Positions 1-8,817 of a DNA stretch of 30,644 nt are shown here, piece after piece. The notes under the pieces were generated by a model. That model saw nothing but the letters and a program-made list of their open reading frames with translations, was not told where the DNA came from and ran no database searches. A program made the translations under genes and the position numbers. How positions within the stretch are numbered: the stretch's first letter is position 1; every line of letters begins with the position of its first letter. Origin of the DNA: a virus (Duplodnaviria; Caudoviricetes); the IMG/VR virus record IMGVR_UViG_3300006867_000048, positions 1 through 30,644 of that record; one strand, given 5' to 3'.

Positions 1-147
1 TTTCACCAGCTTTCCGTTGGTATTCCAAAGATTGGCGCGGGATTAGCAGGTGGTGATTGGAATATAATCGCAGAAATCATAAACTTCCATTGTGGTGGTG
101 GACACGTTGTATTAGTAAATTATGAAGCAGCGCCAGAAAACTCTTGA
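1..147 (+). CDS. macrodomain (ADP-ribose processing, Poa1p/DarG-like) protein, C-terminal fragment
   Basis: Frame 1 reads FHQLSVGIPKIGAGLAGGDWNIIAEII...; PKIGAGLAGGDW is the typical macrodomain C-terminal motif. Truncated by window edge. Confidence 0.8.
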   Translation, partial: FHQLSVGIPKIGAGLAGGDWNIIAEIINFHCGGGHVVLVNYEAAPENS

Positions 148-171
148 CAAACAACCAGTTTAAACTATATT
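144..171 (+). promoter_or_regulatory. sigma70-like promoter, leaderless
   Basis: TTGACA(144-149)-16 bp-TATATT(166-171)-6 nt-ATG(178). Confidence 0.75.
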
Positions 172-177
172 GGCGCT

Positions 178-366
178 ATGAAAGTAGTATTGATATTATT
201 AATCGGAATCGTGATCGGGGCAGCAGCAGGAACAACAATTTCTGTTTTAGCCAAACCTGAACCTACAGTTGCACGCAGTTACGACGAAGGTTTCACTGAT
301 GGTCGCACAGATGGCTATCATGCAGCAACTAGAGATATGGACGCATGTTTTAATCATAAGCGTTAA
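178..366 (+). CDS. small membrane-anchored hypothetical protein
   Basis: N-terminal hydrophobic helix; promoter directly upstream; TAATG coupling to next gene. Confidence 0.75.
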   Translation: MKVVLILLIGIVIGAAAGTTISVLAKPEPTVARSYDEGFTDGRTDGYHAATRDMDACFNHKR

Positions 367-674
367 TGAAACTATTAGCCGTACATATTTCTCGTTGGCA
401 ATCTAAGTGGACGAGAATACAGAGAGAGGGTGCGTTGGCAATCTATACTCAAGTATTTGACGATGGCAAAGATAATGAAACAGTTTATTATAATGTTGTG
501 TGGATTCGCCACAGGGCAGAAAAAGTTTGGCCCAATGGAAAAGTAACACCTGAACGTGAGGCATTACCTACAGAATCAGAATGGGGTTTGTATGGTTGGA
601 CTTTTAGGTCATTACAACGAGCAGAAGAAAAATTTGCAGAAGCAAAAGTAAATCCACCAAAGAATTATGAATGA
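366..674 (+). CDS. hypothetical phage protein
   Basis: 102 aa ORF, coupled to upstream stop; EALPTESEWGLYGWTF motif. Confidence 0.75.
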   Translation: MKLLAVHISRWQSKWTRIQREGALAIYTQVFDDGKDNETVYYNVVWIRHRAEKVWPNGKVTPEREALPTESEWGLYGWTFRSLQRAEEKFAEAKVNPPKNYE

Positions 675-695
675 TATTGTGGAAAGGAAATTAAA

Positions 696-899
696 ATGAA
701 TGTATTTTTAAGAATAATTATTGGCCTACTCGTAATAGCAGTAGGGTGTTATGGACCTCCATTGCTCAAGGAATATTGTTTGCCTGATAATTGGTTGGAG
801 CTATGGTGGGGAATCCCAACATTGATATTAGGTGGCATGTTCTTCTTGTTCGGCGCTTTGTATGGGGGTTATTTAGTTTTTTTAAGTCACTTTGATTAA
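696..899 (+). CDS. small two-TM membrane protein
   Basis: Two hydrophobic segments; AAGGA upstream; TAATG coupling to next gene. Confidence 0.7.
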   Translation: MNVFLRIIIGLLVIAVGCYGPPLLKEYCLPDNWLELWWGIPTLILGGMFFLFGALYGGYLVFLSHFD

Positions 900-1084
900 T
901 GGGGGTTAGGATTAATATGAATTTTGAAAGAACGATAGAAAATTGGGCTGTTACAGCCTATCAGGAAGTGATGCCTAACGGAAATTGGGGTAAACTCTCC
1001 GAACCACAAAAAGATAGATGGCGTGCGGCGGCACGAAAGCTATTTAACAAGCGACATACTCGCGTATCTAAAACAGCGTTATAA
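899..1084 (+). CDS. hypothetical protein
   Basis: 61 aa ORF in operon order. Confidence 0.65.
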   Translation: MGVRINMNFERTIENWAVTAYQEVMPNGNWGKLSEPQKDRWRAAARKLFNKRHTRVSKTAL

Positions 1085-1095
1085 ATTAAAGCGTT

Positions 1096-1275
1096 ATGAG
1101 TAATCAAACAGTAATAATTAATCTATTCATGCTCCTGACTGGAGCGGCGATATATAGTAACGTAATTCACCTTTTTCAATTAAAGGTTGAGAATCTACCC
1201 AACCCATCGATTTTAAATCTTGTGTTGTGCGTAGTATTTGCAACTATCTTACTACTCAGTAACAGAGGATCATGA
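1096..1275 (+). CDS. small membrane protein (59 aa, not in ORF track)
   Basis: Hand translation MSNQTVIINLFMLLTGAAIY...LLLSNRGS; ATGA overlap with next gene. Confidence 0.6.
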   Translation: MSNQTVIINLFMLLTGAAIYSNVIHLFQLKVENLPNPSILNLVLCVVFATILLLSNRGS

Positions 1276-1430
1276 ATTTACTGTTTTTATTATTCAACGG
1301 ATTCGGCACTGGTTTACTCTTTGCTTCTTCTAATCCTTCTGTGACCTCCATAACTGGACTGGTTTTAGTTTTTATAAGTATATTGTTTCAGGTCTTTCGA
1401 GGGAGCACCGAAGACAATTACGATTGTTGA
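1272..1430 (+). CDS. small membrane protein (52 aa, not in ORF track)
   Basis: MNLLFLLFNGFGTGLLFASS...; ATGA coupling. Confidence 0.6.
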   Translation: MNLLFLLFNGFGTGLLFASSNPSVTSITGLVLVFISILFQVFRGSTEDNYDC

Positions 1431-1433
1431 TCT

Positions 1434-1595
1434 ATGGAAGAGGACAAACAGGAGCACCGCAAATTGTTAACCGATGCATGGGAGACTCTTATCGAAGTGC
1501 AACAGCTTATCGACAAAAATAATTCGTTAGGTCAGCAAATACGTAGTGATATCAAGAATATTGAGGAATATCTTAAAAGGACGCAATCGCGGTAG
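1434..1595 (+). CDS. small helical hypothetical protein (53 aa, not in ORF track)
   Basis: MEEDKQEHRKLLTDAWETLIEVQQL...; fills the gap 3 nt after upstream stop. Confidence 0.6.
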   Translation: MEEDKQEHRKLLTDAWETLIEVQQLIDKNNSLGQQIRSDIKNIEEYLKRTQSR

Positions 1596-1623
1596 TTGAC
1601 TAATTCTCATATTCGACTATAGT
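1582..1623 (+). promoter_or_regulatory. leaderless promoter with upstream CG box
   Basis: CGCAATCGCG(1582-1591), TTGACT(1596-1601)-16 bp-TATAGT(1618-1623)-6 nt-ATG. Confidence 0.75.
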
Positions 1624-1629
1624 AGTCTC

Positions 1630-2184
1630 ATGAACGAGAAAACGACTACTGAGAAAATGGACTTCTACACATTTCAAAAGACACTTAGAGATGATACCCA
1701 AACATGGGTTGATCTCGCAAACGAATCTTTTGGATTGGATCTTACGGTGAATGTTTCTTTTGATTTAAAAGGAAGGACAGCAGGACAGGCGTTTACCAGC
1801 AAGGGACTGATTAAATACAATCTCGCCGCTTATAATGTAGAGGGTGGAATTGAGCATCTGATCAACCATACAGTGCCACATGAAGTCGCTCACATGGTTC
1901 AATACAACAATCCACAATGGCCAAATGACAGAAAATCAAACTCTTCACATGGTAACTATTGGAAGCTGGTGATGAATCATTTTGGAGTAGAAGCAACTAG
2001 ATGTCACAGTTTGCCGCTACCAACAGCTAGAACTGTTAAAAAACAATTTAAATATGTTTGTGGCTGTAAAGAGTGGAATTTAACAGCGATTCGCCACAAC
2101 AAGATCGTGAGAGGAACACGGGTCTATTCTTGCCCTGAATGCAAGGTGGTATTGAGACAAAATAACAATCAATTACATTATTAA
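1630..2184 (+). CDS. SprT-like zinc metalloprotease
   Basis: GRTAGQA, HEVAH (HExxH), HGNYWKLVM, C-terminal YVCGC...YSCPEC Zn ribbon. Confidence 0.9.
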   Translation: MNEKTTTEKMDFYTFQKTLRDDTQTWVDLANESFGLDLTVNVSFDLKGRTAGQAFTSKGLIKYNLAAYNVEGGIEHLINHTVPHEVAHMVQYNNPQWPNDRKSNSSHGNYWKLVMNHFGVEATRCHSLPLPTARTVKKQFKYVCGCKEWNLTAIRHNKIVRGTRVYSCPECKVVLRQNNNQLHY

Positions 2185-2185
2185 A

Positions 2186-2341
2186 ATGAGCACCGTTTCA
2201 CCATACGATTACATTTATGCTTTTATAAAGGGTTATTGTTTTGCTCATAATATCGAAGCGAAAGATCATGTTAAGATATTTGAGGAAGATGAAAACAGAA
2301 ACGTAATTAAAACGAAAGAATGGAAAGAGTTATTTAGATAA
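2186..2341 (+). CDS. hypothetical protein (51 aa, not in ORF track)
   Basis: MSTVSPYDYIYAFIKGYCF...; TAATG coupling at 2339-2343. Confidence 0.6.
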   Translation: MSTVSPYDYIYAFIKGYCFAHNIEAKDHVKIFEEDENRNVIKTKEWKELFR

Positions 2342-2522
2342 TGAACATATTAGAAACTTACGTTTACGTGGAAAAGGGAGGTAATCATTATCGTCGCCAT
2401 GATGATGGTAAAAAAATTGTGTGGTGTTGGTGGAGTGAACCAGACTCCCAATGGAGGCAAGTAATCTCAGCGAAGTATTAGAATCGCAATATCAAATAGT
2501 AGTTAAGAATTCGGCGCTATGA
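2341..2522 (+). pseudogene. small gene with probable frameshift near 2470
   Basis: Start frame stops at TAG 2479-2481; the shifted frame EVLESQYQIVVKNSAL ends in TGA 2520-2522 overlapping the next ATG (ATGA). Confidence 0.4.
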
Positions 2523-2683
2523 AACATTTCAGTTATTTTCCCAACAAGAAAACAAGTTCGTTATGGTCATCTCACACTGCAACACATAGAGGTAGACAAC
2601 TAACAGTAACGATATCACTATTCAGATGTAAGAGGCCAAATCTATACGCATATAGGGTAAATGGTGTGTTTGTTGATAATTAG
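2519..2683 (+). CDS. hypothetical protein (54 aa, not in ORF track)
   Basis: MKHFSYFPNKKTSSLWSSH...YRVNGVFVDN. Confidence 0.55.
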   Translation: MKHFSYFPNKKTSSLWSSHTATHRGRQLTVTISLFRCKRPNLYAYRVNGVFVDN

Positions 2684-2780
2684 AAATTCGGCGCTTGAGA
2701 ATTGTTTATAACTATCTCTACTTGACAACATACTAATATTGTGATATATGTGAGTGTAATTTGAGTTAAGGAACAGGATT

Positions 2781-2981
2781 ATGAGTAAGAATGAGAAAAA
2801 ACCGATAACTGAGGACTTCACACCAGCAGGTAAAAAGGTAGTTCAAGCATGTGTTAACAATAACGAATGTGTAAGAACCAATTTCCTTTTTAAACCATCT
2901 TCTCTTTGTTCTAAGTCGTTGATTGACAGTGGGGTTACATCAGTTACCTCATGGTTCAAATCAGTGGGTAAAACACAGTAG
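2781..2981 (+). CDS. hypothetical protein
   Basis: 66 aa; upstream TTGACA(2722) and GTGTAAT(2754); AGGA RBS-like. Confidence 0.6.
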   Translation: MSKNEKKPITEDFTPAGKKVVQACVNNNECVRTNFLFKPSSLCSKSLIDSGVTSVTSWFKSVGKTQ

Positions 2982-2989
2982 GTAACACC

Positions 2990-3658
2990 ATGAGTAGTAA
3001 CGAATCATATACGGAGGACTATAGTAGTATAACAACGGTAGAACAAGCAGAGGAAGAACTTAAGAATGCGATCAAAAAACACGGGGTGAAGAATGAGGGG
3101 TCACGCCAGCCCCCTAACAAAAAATCTTCGTTCCCCCGCCGAATCCTCCTTATCACAGCTTTGCTGATGATTCCTTCGATGTATTTCTGCATAAATATAC
3201 ACAGCAACAGACTAGCACACACAGAAACACAACTCTTTGAGCAACAACTACTTCTAGACAGTGAGCACGAGGCTAGATTGATGGAAAAAATGGCATTCAA
3301 TGCAGCTTACACAAAGCTTCGTGATGAGCATCTACTGTTGATCAAGTTAAGCAAGGAACTGAAGGAAAAGGTGCAACGATCAGGTCTGGCCGAAACTGAA
3401 GCGGATAATAGGCTACAAGAGAACTTCGTGCTCATCAATGAGAATTTGGCCGAAATTCAGCAGCTTACAAACAATTTTATCGAATCAACGAAAATAATCG
3501 AACAACAGGGAAAAAGATATAATATGCTGGAGAAACAGATGAGCGCACTGTTGCAATTCCTTAAGGAACAAGGCATTAACGTTAATTTTGTAGACGAATC
3601 GGGACAGCCAAAATTACCGTCGTTGGAGACGAACGAAGGCGATGCGCCGAAAAGGTGA
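2990..3658 (+). CDS. single-TM coiled-coil protein
   Basis: TM segment ILLITALLMIPSMYFCI followed by a long heptad-rich region. Confidence 0.8.
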   Translation: MSSNESYTEDYSSITTVEQAEEELKNAIKKHGVKNEGSRQPPNKKSSFPRRILLITALLMIPSMYFCINIHSNRLAHTETQLFEQQLLLDSEHEARLMEKMAFNAAYTKLRDEHLLLIKLSKELKEKVQRSGLAETEADNRLQENFVLINENLAEIQQLTNNFIESTKIIEQQGKRYNMLEKQMSALLQFLKEQGINVNFVDESGQPKLPSLETNEGDAPKR

Positions 3659-3659
3659 A

Positions 3660-3722
3660 ATGTCGTAATAATACAAAAAAATGACCTCTCAGATACAAAT
3701 CTCGATGTCGTAATAATACAAA
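3660..3722 (+). repeat. 18-bp direct repeat ATGTCGTAATAATACAAA x2
   Basis: Copies at 3660-3677 and 3705-3722. Confidence 0.9.
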
Positions 3723-3782
3723 TTCGCATCTTACCCCTCGGAAACTTTCGGTAAGGATGCTCAAGGTGAAAGAAAGATAACG

Positions 3783-3857
3783 ATGATAGCAGTAGGTTTT
3801 TTTATTTTCTTAGTTGTCTGCGCCGTCGTCTCGATTGCGAACGAGAACTACGACTAG
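3783..3857 (+). CDS. 24-aa hydrophobic micropeptide
   Basis: MIAVGFFIFLVVCAVVSIANENYD. Confidence 0.35.
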   Translation: MIAVGFFIFLVVCAVVSIANENYD

Positions 3858-3871
3858 CGCCAAACTGAAAC

Positions 3872-3942
3872 GCACAGGATTTCAAATAAGCAAGCAACGA
3901 TACTGAAGCAGCAATACTGATAAGCACAGGATTTCAAATAAG
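3872..3942 (+). repeat. 19-bp direct repeat GCACAGGATTTCAAATAAG x2
   Basis: Copies at 3872-3890 and 3924-3942. Confidence 0.9.
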
Positions 3943-3951
3943 GGGCGATTA

Positions 3952-3980
3952 TGGTAATTATGGAAATTGCCAGTTTTTTT
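3952..3980 (+). terminator. intrinsic terminator
   Basis: TGGTAATT-ATGGA-AATTGCCA stem followed by a T-run; end of + strand block. Confidence 0.5.
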
Positions 3981-4096
3981 AGACCCACTGAAATAATCAC
4001 AGGAACGAAGATTTTGAGATGTTTGGCGCGACGGTGGGACTACTGTTCGGATGAACAGTAGTTTGGGGCTAGTATTTGCGCCACGGATCTTGATAT

Positions 4097-4336
4097 TTAG
4101 TTATTACCGCTGGTTTCAATCCGATTAGATGCAGTAACGGGCTTGAGATATTCAATCTCACCCACCTGAATAATATGTGCTGTAATTTTCCCCTCATCTT
4201 GAATGAACGATTTAAAGCTCTGGACTCCGCTCTCTTCATCACAGAAAAATTCGAAAGCAGTTGCAAGTTGAGTTAGAGTTTCGCGCACTTCATCCATAGT
4301 GCCGATTCCCGAAATTGTAACAGTATAGTTTTTCAT
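4097..4336 (-). CDS. hypothetical protein (start revised to MKNYTV at 4336)
   Basis: Track start is a TTG inside a hairpin; first ATG is at 4336. Confidence 0.65.
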   Translation of the reverse strand: MKNYTVTISGIGTMDEVRETLTQLATAFEFFCDEESGVQSFKSFIQDEGKITAHIIQVGEIEYLKPVTASNRIETSGNN

Positions 4337-4391
4337 TTTAAAAAGGAGAGTGAGGGGCAAGTCAGAGACTCACCCCTCACCACGATGACAA

Positions 4392-5354
4392 TTAACAAAA
4401 GAGTTTTCTGAACAGTGTTTGACCTTTATCGGTCAGCATTCTTTTCTGATCGATTGTTAGAAGATTTTTCTTTTTGAGCATTAACTCAAATTCCTGTTGC
4501 AAAGCGCCACGCGTGCACTCAGTTTTCGCGGATAAGTCGTTCAATGTTTGAGCGCCGAATTGTCCAATGATTTGAACGATTTGAAGCTCAGTATCATTCA
4601 ATCCATAGTCGTGGATTCCCATTGAATAACGGAATTGATCCCACACAGTTTGATTGATATACGTTTCGCCTGTCGCGTGAGCAAAATGCCGCAAGTGATC
4701 AGCCATCTCGAAAGATGAACGAGGATGACCGCGCAGCACACTCATGATTTCCTCACATACTTCACCACTTACTGACAGATCCTCATCCATTTCCTCAAGT
4801 TTTTGTTCGAAGATAAGATATAACTCTTCATCGCTATATGGGGCAATCGTCAATTTGGTGAAACGATCTTGAAGCGCACCATCCAATTTCTGAACGTCGG
4901 TTGTCGCGAAGAACATGCAGTATTCGCGGAAGTCGAAAGGAATTGTGACCTCACCAACGTCGCGCCGATCATAACGAAAGCGCCGAACCGGATTACTGGA
5001 TTTATTGCACACTGTCAAAAGCATCGCTTGCACTTTCTTAGGCAACATTTGGCACTCATCGATAAACAGGGCCGCGTTATCGTCGCGCATTTTCGGATAC
5101 CAGATATCGAAAAACGTATCGATGTTTTTGATTACCGAAGCATTCACTTCAACAAGTGGACGCTCGCGCCCTTCTGGATCAATCAACTCTTTGCAATATT
5201 CATTGATCATGTAAGTTTTACCGTAACCACGAGGGGCGTTAAAACAAAGGAAGGGATTCATACCAGTCTTCTGTAAAGAAGATTTGTAGATTTGAAACTT
5301 CCGCTTTAAGATATCCTGACCAATCACGTGGTCCATAAATGTGTCATCGTTCAT
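4392..5354 (-). CDS. ruvB: Holliday junction branch-migration AAA+ ATPase RuvB-like
   Basis: VIGQ, Walker A PRGYGKT, Walker B LFIDE, ATT, LQDRF, RGHPR, C-terminal winged helix ending RMLTDKG; RuvB-sized (320 aa). Confidence 0.85.
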   Translation of the reverse strand: MNDDTFMDHVIGQDILKRKFQIYKSSLQKTGMNPFLCFNAPRGYGKTYMINEYCKELIDPEGRERPLVEVNASVIKNIDTFFDIWYPKMRDDNAALFIDECQMLPKKVQAMLLTVCNKSSNPVRRFRYDRRDVGEVTIPFDFREYCMFFATTDVQKLDGALQDRFTKLTIAPYSDEELYLIFEQKLEEMDEDLSVSGEVCEEIMSVLRGHPRSSFEMADHLRHFAHATGETYINQTVWDQFRYSMGIHDYGLNDTELQIVQIIGQFGAQTLNDLSAKTECTRGALQQEFELMLKKKNLLTIDQKRMLTDKGQTLFRKLFC

Positions 5355-5360
5355 AATGTA

Positions 5361-5401
5361 ACTATAGTGTTAATTGTTAATTTTGCAATAGCGCGATTGC
5401 G
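5361..5401 (-). promoter_or_regulatory. leaderless promoter of ruvB
   Basis: CG box 5392-5401; TTGCAA-16 bp-TATAGT-6 nt-ATG(5354). Confidence 0.75.
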
Positions 5402-5740
5402 TTATCCTAAGAATTCATCAACAGCATCGATTTCGCCGCTATGAACTAATTTCTCTTCTTCTTCAAGGTTATATTCGTAATTTGCTTCCTCCCATAATTC
5501 GCAAGCTTCAGAATTGACATCTTCCACGCAATCCCAAAATTCTTTTACTTCTATAGGGTATTCGAGCTTGTCTCGTGTCACTTCCGCATCACTGCCCTCC
5601 ACGATTGAGCCAACGGTTACACCGTCTTCCTCACATTGAATCCATGCGCCACAATCGGTGCCTTTATAGATTGCCTTTTCCGCTTGTGCAACGGTATCAA
5701 CGCCAATCTCGTCTAGTAGTTCTTGATTATTTTTTATCAT
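5402..5740 (-). CDS. acidic hypothetical protein (start revised to MIKNNQ at 5740)
   Basis: Track extension overlaps upstream gene; KGTDCGAWI...VGSIVEGSDAE core, very D/E-rich. Confidence 0.75.
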   Translation of the reverse strand: MIKNNQELLDEIGVDTVAQAEKAIYKGTDCGAWIQCEEDGVTVGSIVEGSDAEVTRDKLEYPIEVKEFWDCVEDVNSEACELWEEANYEYNLEEEEKLVHSGEIDAVDEFLG

Positions 5741-5786
5741 CTGTATAGTTGGGAAAAATAGACTATTATGCCTATCAATATTAGTA

Positions 5787-6482
5787 TTAACATATTTGTT
5801 TCTCTGCTGTTTTCTTCCTGCTACCATGCGCGGGAAAACCAACAACCTTACTATGCTGTTTTTGGCATAGTTCACAATCGATACATTGCACGTCATCGCG
5901 TATAGTCGCAGGACATACAACAATATCACCGTTTGTTTCGAAATCTTCGGGAACCACTGACACCACTGGCGCAATACCTAACGCTTTTAATTTTTTGGCG
6001 TGATCTGGACCATTGGCGCTAATGTTTACCGTGAAACCATGTTCATTAGCCATTTTAACATTTAACCGATTCCATTCGGCAACTGCTTCCTTTTCTGCGT
6101 TAGTATAGATATCACTTTTAACATCTTCCGCTAACATCGGATAATGAGTATAAGTAAATCCGCGCTTTCCTTTATTGGCGTTTACCAATTGCGCCAAACG
6201 TTTTGCATTGATCTTTTCATTGCTACCTTGCAAATCACCAGCTTGATTGTGCCGCCACAACTGATTAGGTTTAAGTGTCGTGATTGCATCGCAAAATTCT
6301 TGAAAGGTGGCAAAGCCATATTTTCCTTTAGTAACATTGCTCCAATGAATATTGATAGGACCACTTTCAGCGTAACACCCATTTCCTTTAAATGGGCAAG
6401 AAGCAGGACACGTATTTTTTGAACTCATAGAGACAGGTATTGGACCAGTCTTTTCGTTCATTGAGATTTTTTTCAAATGCAT
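5787..6482 (-). CDS. Cys-rich phage protein, gp88-like/radical-SAM-related (putative metal or Fe-S binding)
   Basis: NEKTG...TCPASCPFKGNGCYA, RHNQAGD, CPA...CIDCELC, GFPAHG; family recognised from memory. Confidence 0.65.
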   Translation of the reverse strand: MHLKKISMNEKTGPIPVSMSSKNTCPASCPFKGNGCYAESGPINIHWSNVTKGKYGFATFQEFCDAITTLKPNQLWRHNQAGDLQGSNEKINAKRLAQLVNANKGKRGFTYTHYPMLAEDVKSDIYTNAEKEAVAEWNRLNVKMANEHGFTVNISANGPDHAKKLKALGIAPVVSVVPEDFETNGDIVVCPATIRDDVQCIDCELCQKQHSKVVGFPAHGSRKKTAEKQIC

Positions 6483-6488
6483 GACAAC

Positions 6489-6569
6489 AGTATAGTTGAA
6501 AAAAGGAACATAGCAAATAATATATATACGCGATTGCGCTATAGACTTAGCGCCGAAATAGAGTAGTAT
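6489..6569. promoter_or_regulatory. divergent leaderless promoter pair sharing one CG box
   Basis: Minus: TTGCTA-16-TATACT-6-ATG(6482); plus: TAGACT-16-TAGTAT-6-ATG(6576); CGCGATTGCG at 6529-6538. Confidence 0.7.
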
Positions 6570-6575
6570 ATATAC

Positions 6576-6791
6576 ATGACAAAACCGATAGTTAAAAATA
6601 AGTGGATACTTCGTGACGCCAAAACTAATGAGCCTATTATGCAGGGTTCAACCGTGAAGGACTTTCGTGGCGACGAACTTTTTGTGGATGGTGGTGCGCC
6701 ACCACACAAAGAAGGATCAACGGGACGCGTTTATACTAGTCGTGGAAGCTTTTTTCCAACAGTGATTGGCGCTAAGTGGGTAAAGATCTAA
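6576..6791 (+). CDS. hypothetical phage protein
   Basis: DFRG...PPHKEGSTGRVY...FFPTVIGAKW; own promoter. Confidence 0.8.
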   Translation: MTKPIVKNKWILRDAKTNEPIMQGSTVKDFRGDELFVDGGAPPHKEGSTGRVYTSRGSFFPTVIGAKWVKI

Positions 6792-6881
6792 GTTTTTTAC
6801 AAGTTTCTGTAATAAGTAGAAATAAGGCGGGATCACGTATCCCGTCACACCCCCACGGTGGGGCTACTGTTCAAATGAACA

Positions 6882-6950
6882 GTGCCGAACCCCCTTTCGA
6901 GGATTCGGCACAGGTTGGAGGGGCGCGGCCACTCATTTCCGCGCCCCTCC
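6882..6950. terminator. two adjacent GC-rich hairpins at a convergent junction
   Basis: GTGCCGAA..TTCGGCAC (6882-6911) and GGAGGGGCGCGG/CCGCGCCCCTCC 12-bp stem (6917-6950). Confidence 0.6.
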
Positions 6951-6960
6951 TGATCTGTTA

Positions 6961-7206
6961 CTACCACCTAACAAAATTTTGTTCAATCCTTTCAGGAATC
7001 ACCTCACGAAACTTTGATGATTCTTTGGTTGGGCGATTGGTTTCTGGATCAACATCGAACACCATTAGTTGAATGTTTCCATTTTCCGTATCGCCCACCT
7101 TCTTATCAAGAATCCAGTGTCGTGTGGCACCATCCTTTTTGGCCCGATAGATAAGGTGTCTGCGCTTTGTTGCACGCACCAATTGATTAAAAAGTTGTGG
7201 TATCAT
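6961..7206 (-). CDS. small WYL/SH3-like beta-barrel protein
   Basis: IYRAKKDGATR...LMVFD...KFREVIPERI resembles the WYL pattern; TAATG coupling. Confidence 0.55.
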   Translation of the reverse strand: MIPQLFNQLVRATKRRHLIYRAKKDGATRHWILDKKVGDTENGNIQLMVFDVDPETNRPTKESSKFREVIPERIEQNFVRW

Positions 7207-7403
7207 TATTTTTTGAATTTGAATCTCATCTCGGCAGTTTCAAGTGACTGAAAGTTTTCCACTTTCGGCACTCCGACTTCATTGCTCAGATTCGAGCGAG
7301 TATATGTCCTGATGCAACATGCTTTAGGATCAAGAATGAATGTTTTGTTTCGACTGTGCTTACGCTTAGTCCCGTCTGGATTGGTAGTAACTGGTGTTAT
7401 CAT
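7206..7403 (-). CDS. hypothetical protein
   Basis: ATGA/TAATG coupling on both sides. Confidence 0.7.
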   Translation of the reverse strand: MITPVTTNPDGTKRKHSRNKTFILDPKACCIRTYTRSNLSNEVGVPKVENFQSLETAEMRFKFKK

Positions 7404-7795
7404 ATCGCTAACTTAGCGTATTTCGGTTGATTGTCAAATATTTTGTCAATTTCTTTTCGAGTTATCCATTCTCCCTTGTAACAATAAAAATCGCTTACAG
7501 TGGCAACGTAACCCTCTTCTGTATATACTGCATGGACGATAAGGCAGATAGAAGATTTATATTTTGTGTCAAATTGGGTGTCTTGTGGTGTTAGATAATA
7601 TTCGTCTCGTTCAGTTGGGTCAAATTCGTCGTGTCCTTCTATAGCATAATTACCGACTGCGGTAATTGCCATCACACCAATGTTTCCATTAAATGTGTTT
7701 ATACCTTCTTTAACAGGTTCACCGTTAATGTGGGTAATGCGGGGAATCAGTTCTGTTTCTGATTCCCCGCATGGGTCAAACATCACGAATGCCAT
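7400..7795 (-). CDS. hypothetical protein
   Basis: 131 aa; abuts upstream stop. Confidence 0.75.
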   Translation of the reverse strand: MAFVMFDPCGESETELIPRITHINGEPVKEGINTFNGNIGVMAITAVGNYAIEGHDEFDPTERDEYYLTPQDTQFDTKYKSSICLIVHAVYTEEGYVATVSDFYCYKGEWITRKEIDKIFDNQPKYAKLAI

Positions 7796-8038
7796 TTATC
7801 CGCCACGCTGTTCACGTTCCCACTGAGCCAACTGCGAAGACAATTGTTTGATTGCCGTGCGCCCAATGTTAATGGTTCCTGTCGTGAAAATCACACCGCA
7901 TTCGCTTTCGGTATGACCTGTAATATCACAAATCTGTTCCTGATTGTGATTGACTGCGAGAGTCGTGGAAGATTGTTTCTTACCACGCTTTTGATTTTCG
8001 TTTGTGCTCGTCACTTGTGGAGTATCAGTTGTATTCAT
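7796..8038 (-). CDS. hypothetical protein
   Basis: First gene of unit; promoter TTGCAA(8087-8092)-16-TATACT(8065-8070). Confidence 0.75.
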   Translation of the reverse strand: MNTTDTPQVTSTNENQKRGKKQSSTTLAVNHNQEQICDITGHTESECGVIFTTGTINIGRTAIKQLSSQLAQWEREQRGG

Positions 8039-8206
8039 AATAGGTTGTTTATCTTAACAACAACAGTATAGCGCCAAATCAGTCGGTTGCAAGTTTTTTT
8101 GGCATCAGTTTAATAACGCAAATACGTTAGTTGACCAACTACTGTTCATGTGCTCACGGTGGCGCTACTGTTCAAATGAACAGTGGGGGTTTCGCCTTGC
8201 TACCCT

Positions 8207-8518
8207 TTATAAAATTTGACTGTGTTCTACATTACCATCTTTTGTATGAACGATAATTTTATATTCTTTCTCGCCATCGTCAGTAATGAATGCCTGATGA
8301 CTCATCGGCACACCACAATAGGGACAATGACGATAAGGAATTGAAGTTTGTTGGATGTTACTGATCTTTAACTCCTTTACTTCCATGATTGCGCGGTGTT
8401 CGTCTGAATTCACACCATAAATAGGCGCGAAATCTTCAATTTCTCCATAAATGTCTTTAGCGAGAAAAACATCCTCTTTCTCAAAGGCTAATCCGATAGT
8501 GTGGTCGCAATCTTTCAT
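8207..8518 (-). CDS. hypothetical Zn-binding protein
   Basis: CDH...HCPYCG; leaderless promoter TTGTAA-16-TAATAT-6-ATG. Confidence 0.75.
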   Translation of the reverse strand: MKDCDHTIGLAFEKEDVFLAKDIYGEIEDFAPIYGVNSDEHRAIMEVKELKISNIQQTSIPYRHCPYCGVPMSHQAFITDDGEKEYKIIVHTKDGNVEHSQIL

Positions 8519-8637
8519 GTATATATATTAGCGCCAAAAAAGAAGATTACAATGGCGCGATTGCGCTATATTTCAAGTAAGAAAGCTGTTGCAATTAAGT
8601 TGCGGCATGATATAGTAGTAACAGAAAGATAATAGCA

Positions 8638-8817
8638 ATGAAGCCAAAACAACAAAAACAAGAAGAAGCAGATCAACGGCAGAGCGAACATGATCAACTT
8701 TCACCTCAGGAGAAACTTGAAAAACTTGATCGTAATGGTCATGTTGCAAAGAAGGAACGCGCCAAACTGCAACGATAGATTAACTCTAAAGCAAAGCGTA
8801 GAAAGGGTAAAAAGTAA
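8638..8817 (+). pseudogene. small basic protein with in-frame TAG at 8776-8778
   Basis: MKPKQQKQEEADQRQ...KERAKLQR*INSKAKRRKGKK*; final TAA overlaps next ATG; promoter TTGCAA-16-TATAGT upstream. Confidence 0.55.

Noticed and set aside
3660-3942. Mini-CRISPR from the direct repeats
   Set aside because: Only two copies of each of two unrelated 18-19 bp repeats
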